From: Alphaproteobacteria bacterium
GTDB lineage: Bacteria > Pseudomonadota > Alphaproteobacteria > GCA-2731375
Length of the DNA: 64,000 bases
Reading direction: 5' to 3'
Assembly (NCBI GenBank): GCA_965225945.1
Contig: CBDDBZ010000035.1
Span: forward strand, 346,924 to 410,923
Made by a program: the position numbers and the translations under genes. Positions 31,689 through 41,695 of the stretch are shown piece after piece. Position 1 is the stretch's first letter; every line of letters begins with the position of its first letter. The notes under the pieces were generated by a model. That model had not been told where the DNA came from. It saw only the letters and a list, made by a program, of their open reading frames with translations, and did no database searches.

Positions 31689-31899
31689 ACTCCGCGTTGC
31701 CGACGCGTCGGCCGACACGGATTATCATGGCGAACTTCGATCCGGGACCCGGCGCCCACGCCGGAGCGCGAGGAAATGGCAACCGAAAGTCGCTTTGACG
31801 CCGGGTGCAAAATCGCGCTATTCAGCGTTCTGGATATTGGGGCCGGCCGGGGGCCGGCGCCGTCTTCGCGTCTTTTGGGCTGAGATGGATCGCGTGGCC

Positions 31900-33777
31900 A
31901 TGAGGGCGAGCAGCACCGTTGAACAGTTGCCGTCGGACGGCGCCAAGCGCCGATCGCTGGAATCGGTCGTTATCCGCTTCGCCGGAGATTCGGGCGACGG
32001 GGTGCAATTGACCGGCAGCCAGTTCACCCAAGCGACGGCTCTGGCCGGCAACGATCTGGCCACCTTCCCCGACTTTCCGGCGGAAATCCGCGCGCCGATC
32101 GGCACCACTTACGGCGTCTCCGCCTTCCAGATCAATTTCGGCGCCCGCAAGATCATGACGGCGGGCGACCAGCCGGACGTGCTGGTGGCGCTGAACCCGG
32201 CCGCGCTCATGGTCAACCTCGGCGACCTGAAGAAGGGCGGCATGGTGATCATCGATGCCGGCGCGGTCAACGACCGCAACCTGCGCAAGGCCGGATTCAG
32301 GACCAATCCGCTGGAGGACGACAGCCTCGATGATTTCGTCGTCTTCCCGATCGACGTCTCCAAGATGACGCTCGCGGCGGTCAAGCACATCGGCCTCAGC
32401 CAGAAGGACGCGCTGCGCTGCAAGAACCTCTGGACCCTCGGGCTGGTCTATTGGCTCTATGACCGGGAGCGCGCGCCGACCGTCGAATGGCTCGAGGCCA
32501 AATTCGCCAAGCGGCCGGAGATCGCGAAAGCCAACATCGCGGCCCTCAACGCCGGCCACGCCTATGCCGAGACGGCGGAGCTGCCGAGCGGACTCATCGG
32601 CTATGCGGTCGAGGCGGCCGAGATCCCGCCCGGCCTCTATCGCACCGTCACCGGCGCCGAGGCGTTGGCCTGGGGCCTGGCCGCGGGTAGCCAGCTCGCC
32701 TCGATCAAGATGGTGTTCGCCTCCTATCCGATCACGCCGGCCTCGAACCTGCTGCATGTGCTCGCCAACATGAAGCATTTCGACATCATGACCTTCCAGG
32801 CGGAGGACGAGATGGCCGCCGTCTGCGCCGCGATCGGCGCCTCCTACGCGGGCTCGATCGGCGTGACCTCGAGTTCCGGTCCCGGTATCGCCCTCAAGGG
32901 GGAGGCGATCGGCCTCGCGATCAGCACCGAGCTGCCGTTGGTGGTGGTCAATTCACAACGCGCCGGCCCCTCGACGGGCATGCCGACCAAGACCGAGCAG
33001 TCGGACCTGCATCAGGCCGTGTTCGGTCGCAACGCCGACTCGCCGGCGATCGTCATCGCCGCCCGCTCGCCTACCGACGCCTTCGAATGCGGTATCGAGG
33101 CGATCCGTCTCGCCACCAAGTTCATGTCGCCGGTGATCCTGCTGAGCGACGGCTACATCGCCAACGCGGCGGAGCCCTGGCGCATCCCGGACATGGCCGA
33201 CTACCCGCCCTTCCCCGTGGTCTTCCACGAGGAGGCCGAAGACTTCCACCCCTTCCAGCGGGTGCCGGAGACCGGGGCCCGGGTCTGGGCGGTGCCGGGC
33301 ACGCCCGGCCTGGAGCATCGCATCGGCGGCATCGAGAAGGATTTCGCCTCGGGCCATATCAGCTATGACCCCGAAAACCACGCGACGATGACCGCCGTGC
33401 GCGCCGAGAAGATACTGGGGGTCGCGAACGACGTGCCGGAACAGGCCGTCGACCAGGGCGAGCCCGGCGGCAAAATTGCCATCGTCGGCTGGGGCTCGAC
33501 CTATGGGCCGATCAGCCGCGCGATCAACAACCTGCGCCAGGAAAGCGTCGACGTCAGCCACATTCATCTGCGCCATATCTGGCCGCTGCCGCGCAATCTG
33601 GGCGAGCTGCTGGCCGGCTACGACAAGGTCCTGTTGCCCGAGATGAATCGGGGCCAGCTCTTGACGCTGCTCCGCTCGGAATATCTGATCCCGGCCGAAG
33701 GCCTGAACAAGGTCACCGGCCAGCCCTTCAAGATCGCCGAAATCATGACCGCGATCCTTGCCCTGAACGAGGCCTGA
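31900..33777 (+). CDS. korA: 2-oxoacid:acceptor (ferredoxin) oxidoreductase subunit alpha
   Basis: RFAGDSGDGVQLTG, YPITPAS, QAEDE, SSGPG, QRAGPSTGMPTK. Confidence 0.93.
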   Translation: MRASSTVEQLPSDGAKRRSLESVVIRFAGDSGDGVQLTGSQFTQATALAGNDLATFPDFPAEIRAPIGTTYGVSAFQINFGARKIMTAGDQPDVLVALNPAALMVNLGDLKKGGMVIIDAGAVNDRNLRKAGFRTNPLEDDSLDDFVVFPIDVSKMTLAAVKHIGLSQKDALRCKNLWTLGLVYWLYDRERAPTVEWLEAKFAKRPEIAKANIAALNAGHAYAETAELPSGLIGYAVEAAEIPPGLYRTVTGAEALAWGLAAGSQLASIKMVFASYPITPASNLLHVLANMKHFDIMTFQAEDEMAAVCAAIGASYAGSIGVTSSSGPGIALKGEAIGLAISTELPLVVVNSQRAGPSTGMPTKTEQSDLHQAVFGRNADSPAIVIAARSPTDAFECGIEAIRLATKFMSPVILLSDGYIANAAEPWRIPDMADYPPFPVVFHEEAEDFHPFQRVPETGARVWAVPGTPGLEHRIGGIEKDFASGHISYDPENHATMTAVRAEKILGVANDVPEQAVDQGEPGGKIAIVGWGSTYGPISRAINNLRQESVDVSHIHLRHIWPLPRNLGELLAGYDKVLLPEMNRGQLLTLLRSEYLIPAEGLNKVTGQPFKIAEIMTAILALNEA

Positions 33778-33778
33778 G

Positions 33779-34801
33779 ATGAACGTCCCGACGACGATCG
33801 AGAAGCTCACGGCGAAGGACTTCGCGACCGACCAGGAAGTGCGTTGGTGCCCCGGCTGCGGCGACTACGCCATCCTGAAGGGCGTGCAGCGCACGCTGGC
33901 CGAGATCGGCGCGCGGCCGGAGAATACGGTGTTCGTCTCCGGCATCGGTTGTGCCGCGCGCTTTCCCTATTACATGGCGACCTACGGCTTCCACACCATT
34001 CACGGCCGGGCGCCGGCGATCGCCACCGGTATCAAGCTCGCCAATCCCGCGCTCGACGTCTGGATCGTCACCGGCGACGGCGACGGCCTCTCGATCGGCG
34101 GCAATCATCTGCTGCACATCCTCAGGCGCAACCTCGACGTGCAGATCCTGCTCTTCAACAACGAGATCTATGGCCTGACCAAGGGGCAGTATTCGCCGAC
34201 CTCGCGTCTCGGCACCCGGTCGCCCTCGACGCCCAGGGGCTCGGTCGACCTGCCGGTCTCGCCCGTGCTCTTCGCGCTCGGCTCCGGCGCCACCTTCGTC
34301 GCCCGTTCGGTCGACACGCAACAGAAGCAGATGCCCGGCATTCTGAAGGCCGCGCATGCCCATAAGGGCGCGGCTTTCGTCGAGCTGTTCCAGAACTGCA
34401 TCGTATACAACGACGAGGTCTTCGACTATTTCACCGATCGCTCGGTGGCCGCAGACCAACAGATCGAGGCGGTGCACGGCGAGCCGCTGATCTTCGGCAA
34501 AGAGCGCGACAAGGGCCTGCGCCTGGCGTCGGGCGGGATGGCGTTGGAGGTGATGGGGCTGGGCGAGGACGGCGGGGCTGGGGACGACGTCCTGGTCCAC
34601 GACGCGGGCAACCGCATCCTCGCCACCATGCTCGCCGAGATGGAGCCGCCGGACCTGCCGGTGGCGATGGGGGTGCTCTACCAGGCCGAGGCAGAACCCT
34701 ACGAACGCTCGGTGGTCGATCAGATCGAGGCGGCGAAGGCGGCCTCGACCAAGCCCGATCTCAACGCGCTGTTGCGCTCGGGCTCCACCTGGACGGTTTG
34801 A
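33779..34801 (+). CDS. korB: 2-oxoacid:ferredoxin oxidoreductase subunit beta
   Basis: WCPGCGD, SGIGC, HGRA, GDGDGLSIGGNH, NNEIYGLTKGQ. Confidence 0.93.
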   Translation: MNVPTTIEKLTAKDFATDQEVRWCPGCGDYAILKGVQRTLAEIGARPENTVFVSGIGCAARFPYYMATYGFHTIHGRAPAIATGIKLANPALDVWIVTGDGDGLSIGGNHLLHILRRNLDVQILLFNNEIYGLTKGQYSPTSRLGTRSPSTPRGSVDLPVSPVLFALGSGATFVARSVDTQQKQMPGILKAAHAHKGAAFVELFQNCIVYNDEVFDYFTDRSVAADQQIEAVHGEPLIFGKERDKGLRLASGGMALEVMGLGEDGGAGDDVLVHDAGNRILATMLAEMEPPDLPVAMGVLYQAEAEPYERSVVDQIEAAKAASTKPDLNALLRSGSTWTV

Positions 34802-34913
34802 CGCGAGGCCACTCTCGTCCGGCGTGATTCTGTCGGCGGCGCGGTTCTCGACGCCTCCCGGAACCGCCGCTCGTTCCGGGCGGGCGCGGCATGGGCCTTT
34901 GGGGGAGTGCCAG

Positions 34914-36218
34914 GTGGGGATCTCGGTTGCCATCGTGGGATCGGGACCGAGCGGGTTCTATACCGCCGATGCCCTGCTGAAGTCGGACGTCGCGTTCGAC
35001 GTCGACATCATCGAGCGGCTGCCGGCGCCGCACGGCTTGATCCGCTACGGCGTCGCGCCCGATCATCAGACCACCAAGAACGTCTCCCGCGCCTTCGACA
35101 AGACCGCCGGCGACTCAGGCGTCCGCTATTGGGGCAACGTCGAGGTCGGCCGCGACGTCTCGCTCGATCGGTTGCGCCAACTCTACGACGCCGTGGTGCT
35201 CGCCATCGGCTCGCCCTTCGACCGCAAGCTCGACATTCCCGGCGAGGACAAGATAGGCGTGTTCGGCTCGGCCGAGTTCGTCGGCTGGTACAACGCACAT
35301 CCCGACTTCCGCGACCTCGACCCCGACCTCGAGATCGGCGCCGCGGCGGTGATCGGCGTCGGCAACGTCGCCATCGACATCGCCCGGGTCCTGGTGAAGA
35401 CGCGGCAAGAGATGGCCAAGTCCGACATTCCCGATTACGCGCTCGATCCGATCCAGGCGGCGCCGATTACCGACGTCTACATGTTCGGCAGGCGCGGCGC
35501 GCTCGACGCCAAGTTCACCAACGTCGAGTTGCGCGAGATGGGCCATCTCGAAAACTGCCATCCCGTGGTCGATCCGGCCCAGCTTCCCGACGCGGTCGGC
35601 GACATGGAGAGCTCCCGCGATCGCCGCCTGAAGGAACGCAACCTCGCCACGCTCCGCGAGTTCACCACCCTCGATCCCACCGGCAAGGCGAAGCGGTGCC
35701 ACTTCGCCTTCCTCGCCTCGCCCGTGGAGATCCTGGGCGGCGAGCGGGTCGAGGGCCTGCGGATGGAACGCAACAAGGTCGAGGACGGCCGCGCCGTCGG
35801 CACGGGCGAAACCTTCGAGATCGAGTGCGGCTTGGTCGCCGCCGCCATCGGCTACCGGGGCGAGCCGCTGGAAGACATCCCTTTCGATGCGTGGAGCGGC
35901 ATCGTCGTCAACGACGAGGGTCGGGTGGCGGACGGCCTCTATGCCGTCGGCTGGATCAAGCGGGGGCCGACCGGCGTCATCGGCACCAACAAGGCCGACG
36001 GGCGCGGCGCCGTCGAGCAGATCGTCGAGGACATCGCCGAGGGCCGCAAGCCGGGCCGCGCGGCGCTCGAGGCGGAGCTTCGCGCCGGCGGCGCCCGCTG
36101 GCTCGATTACGCCGATTGGCGCCGAATCCAGGCAGTGGAGGAGGCGGCCGCGCTCGCCCCGGCACCGCGGCGCAAGCTGGTGACGATCGAGGAAATGCTC
36201 GCCGTTCTCGGCGAGTGA
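34914..36218 (+). CDS. Ferredoxin-NADP+ reductase (FprA/adrenodoxin reductase type)
   Basis: GSGPSGFY, GLIRYGVAPDH, GVGNVAIDIAR, GWIKRGPTGVIG. Confidence 0.9.
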   Translation: MGISVAIVGSGPSGFYTADALLKSDVAFDVDIIERLPAPHGLIRYGVAPDHQTTKNVSRAFDKTAGDSGVRYWGNVEVGRDVSLDRLRQLYDAVVLAIGSPFDRKLDIPGEDKIGVFGSAEFVGWYNAHPDFRDLDPDLEIGAAAVIGVGNVAIDIARVLVKTRQEMAKSDIPDYALDPIQAAPITDVYMFGRRGALDAKFTNVELREMGHLENCHPVVDPAQLPDAVGDMESSRDRRLKERNLATLREFTTLDPTGKAKRCHFAFLASPVEILGGERVEGLRMERNKVEDGRAVGTGETFEIECGLVAAAIGYRGEPLEDIPFDAWSGIVVNDEGRVADGLYAVGWIKRGPTGVIGTNKADGRGAVEQIVEDIAEGRKPGRAALEAELRAGGARWLDYADWRRIQAVEEAAALAPAPRRKLVTIEEMLAVLGE

Positions 36219-36308
36219 ACGGCCGCGCGCCGCACCCCGCCGGCCGTAAACAAAGTCTTAACCGCTTTCGTGCTTGTCTCTCCCGACTTGCGTCGTGCCG
36301 AGGTGCCC

Positions 36309-36965
36309 ATGGCGACCTACGACCTGGAGCGTTTCTCCTTCCTCGTGGTGGAGGACGGCATCTATCTCCGATCGCTGCTGATCCAGTCGCTGAAGGCGCT
36401 GGGTATCGGCAATGTTCGCGCCGCCGATCATGGCGGCGAGGCGATCGACCTGCTCCGCATGATGAAGAAGGATCCGATGCGCGCGGGCATCATGAACATC
36501 GACGTCGTCATATCGAACTGGCAGATGTCGCCCGTCGACGGGTTGATGCTGTTGCGCATGATGAAGAAGGATCCGATGCGCGCGGGCATCATGAACATCG
36601 ACGTCGTCATATCGAACTGGCAGATGTCGCCCGTCGACGGGTTGATGCTGTTGCGCTGGGTCCGGCGGCACAAAGACTCGCCCGACCATTTCATCCCCTT
36701 CATCATGATCACCGGCCATGCCGAGCCGAGCAAGGTGGCGGAGGCACGCGACCTGGGCATGACCGAGATGATCGGCAAACCCTTCTCCGTCAACTCGGTC
36801 ACGGAGCGGGTGCTGCAGCTCATCGACCGACCCCGCCAGTTCCTCCACACCAGCGAATACTTCGGCCCCGACCGTCGCCGCCGCCACGATGAGCGCTACA
36901 AGGGCAACGAGCGTCGCGTGATGCCGGAGGAAGATATCGAGATCGTCCATGTCGGCCGAACCTAG
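36309..36965 (+). CDS. CheY-like receiver protein with an internal 33-aa tandem duplication
   Basis: LVVED, ISNWQMSPVDG, MITG, KPF, YFGPDRR; exact 99-bp duplication. Confidence 0.85.
   Translation: MATYDLERFSFLVVEDGIYLRSLLIQSLKALGIGNVRAADHGGEAIDLLRMMKKDPMRAGIMNIDVVISNWQMSPVDGLMLLRMMKKDPMRAGIMNIDVVISNWQMSPVDGLMLLRWVRRHKDSPDHFIPFIMITGHAEPSKVAEARDLGMTEMIGKPFSVNSVTERVLQLIDRPRQFLHTSEYFGPDRRRRHDERYKGNERRVMPEEDIEIVHVGRT
36456..36656 (+). repeat. Exact 99-bp tandem duplication
   Basis: Units start at 36456 and 36555. Confidence 0.95.
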
Positions 36966-37488
36966 CTCCGACACGCCCGCCGCCCAGAAGCGGAAGCCCA
37001 AGGTCCGCATCTACCGGCTGCCCAATCGGTTGCGCCGGAAGGCCGCCCCGGGTGGTGGCAAAGGTCCGGGCGAATTGTCGCTCGACGTCCTCAAAGCGGC
37101 CGAGGCCGAGTTCGAGAAGATGGCGGAGGACTATCCGGACTGGGTTCAGGGCCATATTCGCAAGCTCTACGACCACCACGGCCGCTGCGTCGACAGTCCC
37201 AAATCTCGCCGTCAGCACTTCAAGGACCTGAACGAGCTGGCGCACGACCTCAAGGGCCAGGGCGGCACCTTCGGCTACCCGTTGATCAGCGATTTCGGCG
37301 AATCGTTGTTCGACTGCACGCGATCGCGCGATGATTATCTCGATGCTCACGTGGAGATCGTGAAGGCGCACGTCGATGCGATGAACGCCGTCGTCAAGGG
37401 ACGGATCAATGGCGACGGGGGCGAGGTCGGCACCGAGCTCAAGGCCATGCTCGCCCGGGCCATCGAGAAATACAGCGTCATCGAATAA
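36949..37488 (+). CDS. Hpt-like histidine phosphotransfer protein
   Basis: AHDLKGQGGTFGY motif; overlaps the receiver gene. Confidence 0.8.
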   Translation: MSAEPSSDTPAAQKRKPKVRIYRLPNRLRRKAAPGGGKGPGELSLDVLKAAEAEFEKMAEDYPDWVQGHIRKLYDHHGRCVDSPKSRRQHFKDLNELAHDLKGQGGTFGYPLISDFGESLFDCTRSRDDYLDAHVEIVKAHVDAMNAVVKGRINGDGGEVGTELKAMLARAIEKYSVIE

Positions 37489-37507
37489 TTCATCCCCCGC
37501 CCGTGTA

Positions 37508-37770
37508 AGAGCAGGTTCCGACCAAATAGCGCCGTTTGATGGCGGCAAATCGGCCTCTGGGGCAGGCGCGCCGCGCCGCGCGATGCGGGCCATCGGGCAA
37601 GCGGCGCAACGCACCCCAGAGGCCGATTTGCCCCACCGAAGGCCGGGTTCTTTTGGGCTGTGGCGGCGTTGCGCTTGCTCACCGATGTCCCACATCGCCG
37701 TCGCAAGCGCGCCTTGCCACGGCCCAAAATAATCCCGGTCAAACGGTGCTATTTGGTCGGAACCTGCTCT
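37508..37770. mobile_element. MITE-like palindromic intergenic element
   Basis: 32-bp TIRs AGAGCAGGTTCCGACCAAATAGC(G/A)CCGTTTGA at 37508-37539 and 37739-37770; two internal hairpins. Confidence 0.85.
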
Positions 37771-37820
37771 AAGATCGCCACGCCGCGCCGGGGTTTCCGG
37801 CGCGACGCGAGGGCGGGTGA

Positions 37821-38441
37821 ATGGAAATCGACGAGGCCGACGTCCTGCTGGTCGTCGACGTGCAGAACGACTTCTGCCCCGGCGGCGCGCTGGCGGTGCC
37901 GGACGGCGAGCGGGTGGTGCCGGTCGTCAATCGGCTGATGGGCCGTTTTCCGAACGCGATCCTGACCCAGGATTGGCACCCCAGCGGCCATCACTCCTTC
38001 GCCTCCTCGCATGTCGGCAAGGCGCCCTTCGACGTCATCGAGGCGAGCTACGGGACCCAAGTGCTGTGGCCGGACCATTGCGTGCAGGAGACGCCGGGCG
38101 CCGAATTTCATGCCGATTTGGCGACCGGCCGGGCCCAGATGGTGGTGCGCAAGGGCTTTCGCGCTGGCATCGATTCCTATTCCGCCTTCAAGGAGAACGA
38201 CCAGAAGACCACGACCGGGCTTGCCGGCTGTCTTCGCGAGCGGGGCATTCGGCGAGTCTTCGCCTGCGGCCTGGCAACCGACTTCTGCGTCAAGTGGAGC
38301 GCGCTCGATGCCAAGGCGGCGGGCTTCGAGGTGATGGTGATCGAGGCGGCGAGCCGGGGAATCGATCTCGACGGCTCGCTCCAGGCGGCGCGGGAGGAGC
38401 TGGCGGCGGCGGGCGTCGCCCTCCTCGAGGATATCGCTTGA
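37821..38441 (+). CDS. pncA: Nicotinamidase/pyrazinamidase
   Basis: VDVQNDFCPGGAL, TQDWHP..H.SF, WPDHC, RKG...DSYSAF, GLATDFCV. Confidence 0.95.
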   Translation: MEIDEADVLLVVDVQNDFCPGGALAVPDGERVVPVVNRLMGRFPNAILTQDWHPSGHHSFASSHVGKAPFDVIEASYGTQVLWPDHCVQETPGAEFHADLATGRAQMVVRKGFRAGIDSYSAFKENDQKTTTGLAGCLRERGIRRVFACGLATDFCVKWSALDAKAAGFEVMVIEAASRGIDLDGSLQAAREELAAAGVALLEDIA

Positions 38442-38463
38442 GGATAAGCCGAAGGCGTCGAGC

Positions 38464-39711
38464 TTGACCATCCTGATCTCGGGCGGCGGTATCGGTGGCC
38501 TGACGCTGGCGCTGCAACTGCATCGGCTCGGGGTCGCCTGTCGGGTCTTCGAGGCGGCCTCGCGCGTCGCTCCCCTCGGCGTCGGCATCAACCTGCTGCC
38601 GCACGCGATGCGCGAGCTCAGCCGTCTCGGGCTCGAGGCGAGGATAGCCGCCGAAGCGATCGAGACCCGCGAGGTCGCCTTCTACAACAAGTACGGCCAG
38701 TTCATATTCGCCGAGCCGCGTGGCCGCTTCGCCGGTTACGACTGGCCGCAATACTCGATTCACCGGGGCCGTCTGCATCAGTTGTTGCTGGCGGCGGTGG
38801 CCGAACGACTTGGCGAGGGCGCCGTCGTCACCGGCCATCGCCTGGTCGCCGCGCGCGAAGAGGGGAGCGAGGTCGTCGCCGAATTCGTCGACGGCGAAAC
38901 CGGCGAAGCCCTGCCGGCGGCGCGCGGCGGTGCGCTGGTCGGGGCCGACGGCATCCGTTCCGCCGTTCGCGCCGGGCTCTATCCCAGGGACGATCCGCTG
39001 CTCTATTCCGGCATCACGATGTGGCGGGGCGTCACCCGTTGGCCGGCCTATCTGACCGGCGCCAGCATGGTCTATGTCGGCTGGATCGCCACCGGCAAGG
39101 TCATCGTCTATCCGATCCTGGACGATATCGACGCGGCGGGGCGCCAGTTGGTCAACTGGCTCTGCGAATTCAACGTGGCCCCGCGCGAGGCCAGCGGCGA
39201 CTGGAGCCGCGAGGGCAAGCTCGAGGATTTCTTCTGGGCCTGCCGGGAGATGGCTTTCGAGTGGCTCGATATCCCAAGCCTGGTGAGGGCGGCGGATTTC
39301 GTTCTGGAATATCCCATGGTCGACAAGGACCCGTTGGCGCGCTGGAGCTTCGGGCGACGCACGCTGCTGGGCGACGCGGCGCACCCGATGTATCCCCGCG
39401 GCTCCAACGGCGCCGGCCAGGCGATCTTGGATGCCCGCGCGCTCGCCCGGCATCTGGCCCGCGAGAGCGACCCGGTCGCCGCCTTTCGCGGCTACGAGGC
39501 GGAGCGTCTGGAGACGACGGCCCGGGTGGTCCGGGCGAACCGCGCCAACCCGCCCGACGCGATCTTGCGCGAGGTCCATGAGCGGACCGGCGACAAGCCC
39601 TTCCGCGACATCGCCGACGTCATCTCCCGAGACGAGCTGGTCGCGCTCTCCGAGGGCTACAAGGCCATCGCCGGCTTCGACCGCGAAAGCCTCGCCCGGC
39701 CTTCGGGGTAG
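38464..39711 (+). CDS. FAD-dependent monooxygenase (group A flavoprotein)
   Basis: GGGIGG, GADGIRS, LLGDAAHPMYPRGSNGAGQAILDA. Confidence 0.9.
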   Translation: MTILISGGGIGGLTLALQLHRLGVACRVFEAASRVAPLGVGINLLPHAMRELSRLGLEARIAAEAIETREVAFYNKYGQFIFAEPRGRFAGYDWPQYSIHRGRLHQLLLAAVAERLGEGAVVTGHRLVAAREEGSEVVAEFVDGETGEALPAARGGALVGADGIRSAVRAGLYPRDDPLLYSGITMWRGVTRWPAYLTGASMVYVGWIATGKVIVYPILDDIDAAGRQLVNWLCEFNVAPREASGDWSREGKLEDFFWACREMAFEWLDIPSLVRAADFVLEYPMVDKDPLARWSFGRRTLLGDAAHPMYPRGSNGAGQAILDARALARHLARESDPVAAFRGYEAERLETTARVVRANRANPPDAILREVHERTGDKPFRDIADVISRDELVALSEGYKAIAGFDRESLARPSG

Positions 39712-40956
39712 TCAGGCCACGCGGTTCAGGGCCAGGTCGAAGAGGTCGAAATTGCGCGGCGAGGCGACCTCGGCTCCGGGCCTGACGGCGCGGTTCACGA
39801 TCAGCGGCACCGTCTCCTCGGTGATGCCGCCGTGCGAGCGCAAGGGCGCGTCGAGACCTGTGAGATCGTGTCGCGCCTCCGAGGTGCCGAGCACCACCTC
39901 GCGCTCCGAGACCACCACCACGTCACCGATCCGATCCGCCGGCAATTCGAAGCGCGCCGCCGCGTCCACCCCCGTGAGCGCCAGCTGCACGCCCTCGAGC
40001 CCCGCGAGACGACCGGCGAGCGCGGCCGCCTCGCCCTCGGCCTCGAGATAGACCGTGGCGAAGGAGCCCAGCGCGCCGTGGTGGGCCACGTAGGGATCGG
40101 TGATCGGCAGGATCACGCGCGCCACGCCCTCGCCGAGCCAGCCGTCCAGCAGATCCTGCAGATAGATCACGTTCGGCCGCCCGTCGGCGCCGTGCTTGGC
40201 GTTCATGCCATGGTCGGCGGTGATCGCGATGGTCGCCCCCATCCCATCTAGGACGCCCAGATAGCGGTCCATCATGGCGTAGAAGGCGTCCGCCTGCGGC
40301 GTTCCGGGCGCGTGCTTGTGCTGCACATAGTCGGTGGTCGAGAGGTACATGACGTCGGGGCGCAGGCTCTCCATCAGGTGGACGCCGGTGGCGAAGACAA
40401 ATTCGGAGAGGGCAGAGCTGTAGACCGAGGGCAGCGGCAGGCCGACCTTGGCCAGCACGTCGCCGATGCCGTTCACCTGCGGGCTCGCCCGGTCCGCGTG
40501 CTCGGCCGAGAGGCAGATGGCGCCGCCGGGGCCGATTCCCAGGCCGTGGCCCAGCAGGCCGCGCAGCTTGTCCTTCGCCGTCACCGCCGCGACCCGGGCG
40601 CCGGCCTCGGCGAAGGCGGCGAGGATCGTGCCGCAGCGCAACAAGGCGGGGTCGTTCATCATCACCTCCTCGCCGGTTTCGGGGTCGAGGAAATAATTGC
40701 CGGCGATGCCGTGCACGGCGGGTGGCGCGCCGGTGACGATCGAGAGGTTGTTCGGGTTGGTGAAGCTCGGCACCACCGAGCGGGCCAGAAGATCGGTGCC
40801 CTCGGCCCGCGCGCGGGCCACGAAGGGCATGTGCCCGCCCTCGATCGAGCGGTCGAGATAGTCCGGCTCGCAGCCGTCGACGCAGACCGCCACCAGGGGG
40901 CGGGCCGGCCAAGCGTAGTCGCGCCCGTTGACCGCGACGGAGTCTGGCGTGGTCAT
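39712..40956 (-). CDS. phnA: Phosphonoacetate hydrolase
   Basis: CVDGC, PSFTNPNNLSIVTG, YLSTTDYVQHK, TADHGM, LPITDPYVAHHGALGS, LRSHGG. Confidence 0.93.
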   Translation of the reverse strand: MTTPDSVAVNGRDYAWPARPLVAVCVDGCEPDYLDRSIEGGHMPFVARARAEGTDLLARSVVPSFTNPNNLSIVTGAPPAVHGIAGNYFLDPETGEEVMMNDPALLRCGTILAAFAEAGARVAAVTAKDKLRGLLGHGLGIGPGGAICLSAEHADRASPQVNGIGDVLAKVGLPLPSVYSSALSEFVFATGVHLMESLRPDVMYLSTTDYVQHKHAPGTPQADAFYAMMDRYLGVLDGMGATIAITADHGMNAKHGADGRPNVIYLQDLLDGWLGEGVARVILPITDPYVAHHGALGSFATVYLEAEGEAAALAGRLAGLEGVQLALTGVDAAARFELPADRIGDVVVVSEREVVLGTSEARHDLTGLDAPLRSHGGITEETVPLIVNRAVRPGAEVASPRNFDLFDLALNRVA

Positions 40957-41137
40957 CGTTCCAAGTCCTCTCGTCCCGTGGCCCGGGCGGCCAAGATAGC
41001 GCCCGCGCCGGGGCCCGTCCATTTCTTGCGGTGGGGCGCCGAAGCTTCGTGACCGCCATGAGGGGGGCGAAATCCGTTTCGCAAAAAATACATATCGGGG
41101 CGGGTTCGGTGCGCCTTCGATCGAAATTTATGAGTTT

Positions 41138-41150
41138 TATCAATAGTTTA
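41138..41150 (+). promoter_or_regulatory. IHF-binding consensus match
   Basis: TATCAATAGTTTA = WATCAANNNNTTR, in an AT-rich stretch at the edge of the Fic insert. Confidence 0.4.
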
Positions 41151-41429
41151 CGGATTAAGCCCTGCCGGCCTGGTCCGAGGGCGTATTGATTATGTCAAAT
41201 ACAGGCGCTTACGACATGCCCTCCCGCGGCGTGGCTGCCCCGGTCGTGTAATGGCGGGGTATGGATGGTGGCATGGTTCGGGATCGGGCCAAAAATGCAA
41301 TATTCAAGACTTGATCCCAAGTTCTCGGCATTTTGGCCACGTGAATTAGCGTGCACACAGAGCCGTCTACATATACGATTCAGATTCGGCGGTTAGCCGT
41401 GCCGAGCAACCCAAGGAGGAGATACTCAC

Positions 41430-41633
41430 ATGGCCGCTCGCAAGGCAGTTCTCAAGTCAGCCCCACCGCGCCCGGAGCTAGACCAACTGGTGGCCGCATC
41501 GCTGGCAGCGGGCGTGACAGAAGACCAACTTCAGGAGCAACGAGTCAGTTTTACATACGGTAATGCGCCGGATGGCTCAAGGATCACCAAAGACTCCGCG
41601 CGAAGAGCCGCGACAAGCGTCCGAGTGACTTAG
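41430..41633 (+). CDS. Small protein upstream of Fic (putative antitoxin/partner)
   Basis: AAGGAGGA RBS; 67 aa with EQRVSFTYGN motif. Confidence 0.7.
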   Translation: MAARKAVLKSAPPRPELDQLVAASLAAGVTEDQLQEQRVSFTYGNAPDGSRITKDSARRAATSVRVT

Positions 41634-41695
41634 ACCGAATCGCAGCAAGTAATATGGAGAGAAGCTTGATGCATAGTCAGGCTTCTTTTTGAGCC

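Noticed and set aside
31057-33777. Apparent N-terminal fusions (korA 906 aa, glcE 656 aa, mgsA 679 aa, hipA 549 aa)
   Set aside because: The extensions overlap other real genes; the true starts lie downstream at the conserved N-termini.
37821-38441. pncA as part of a nicotinate pathway with the LeuCD-lyase cluster
   Set aside because: It lies more than 10 kb away with unrelated genes between, and no nicotinate dehydrogenase is in the window.
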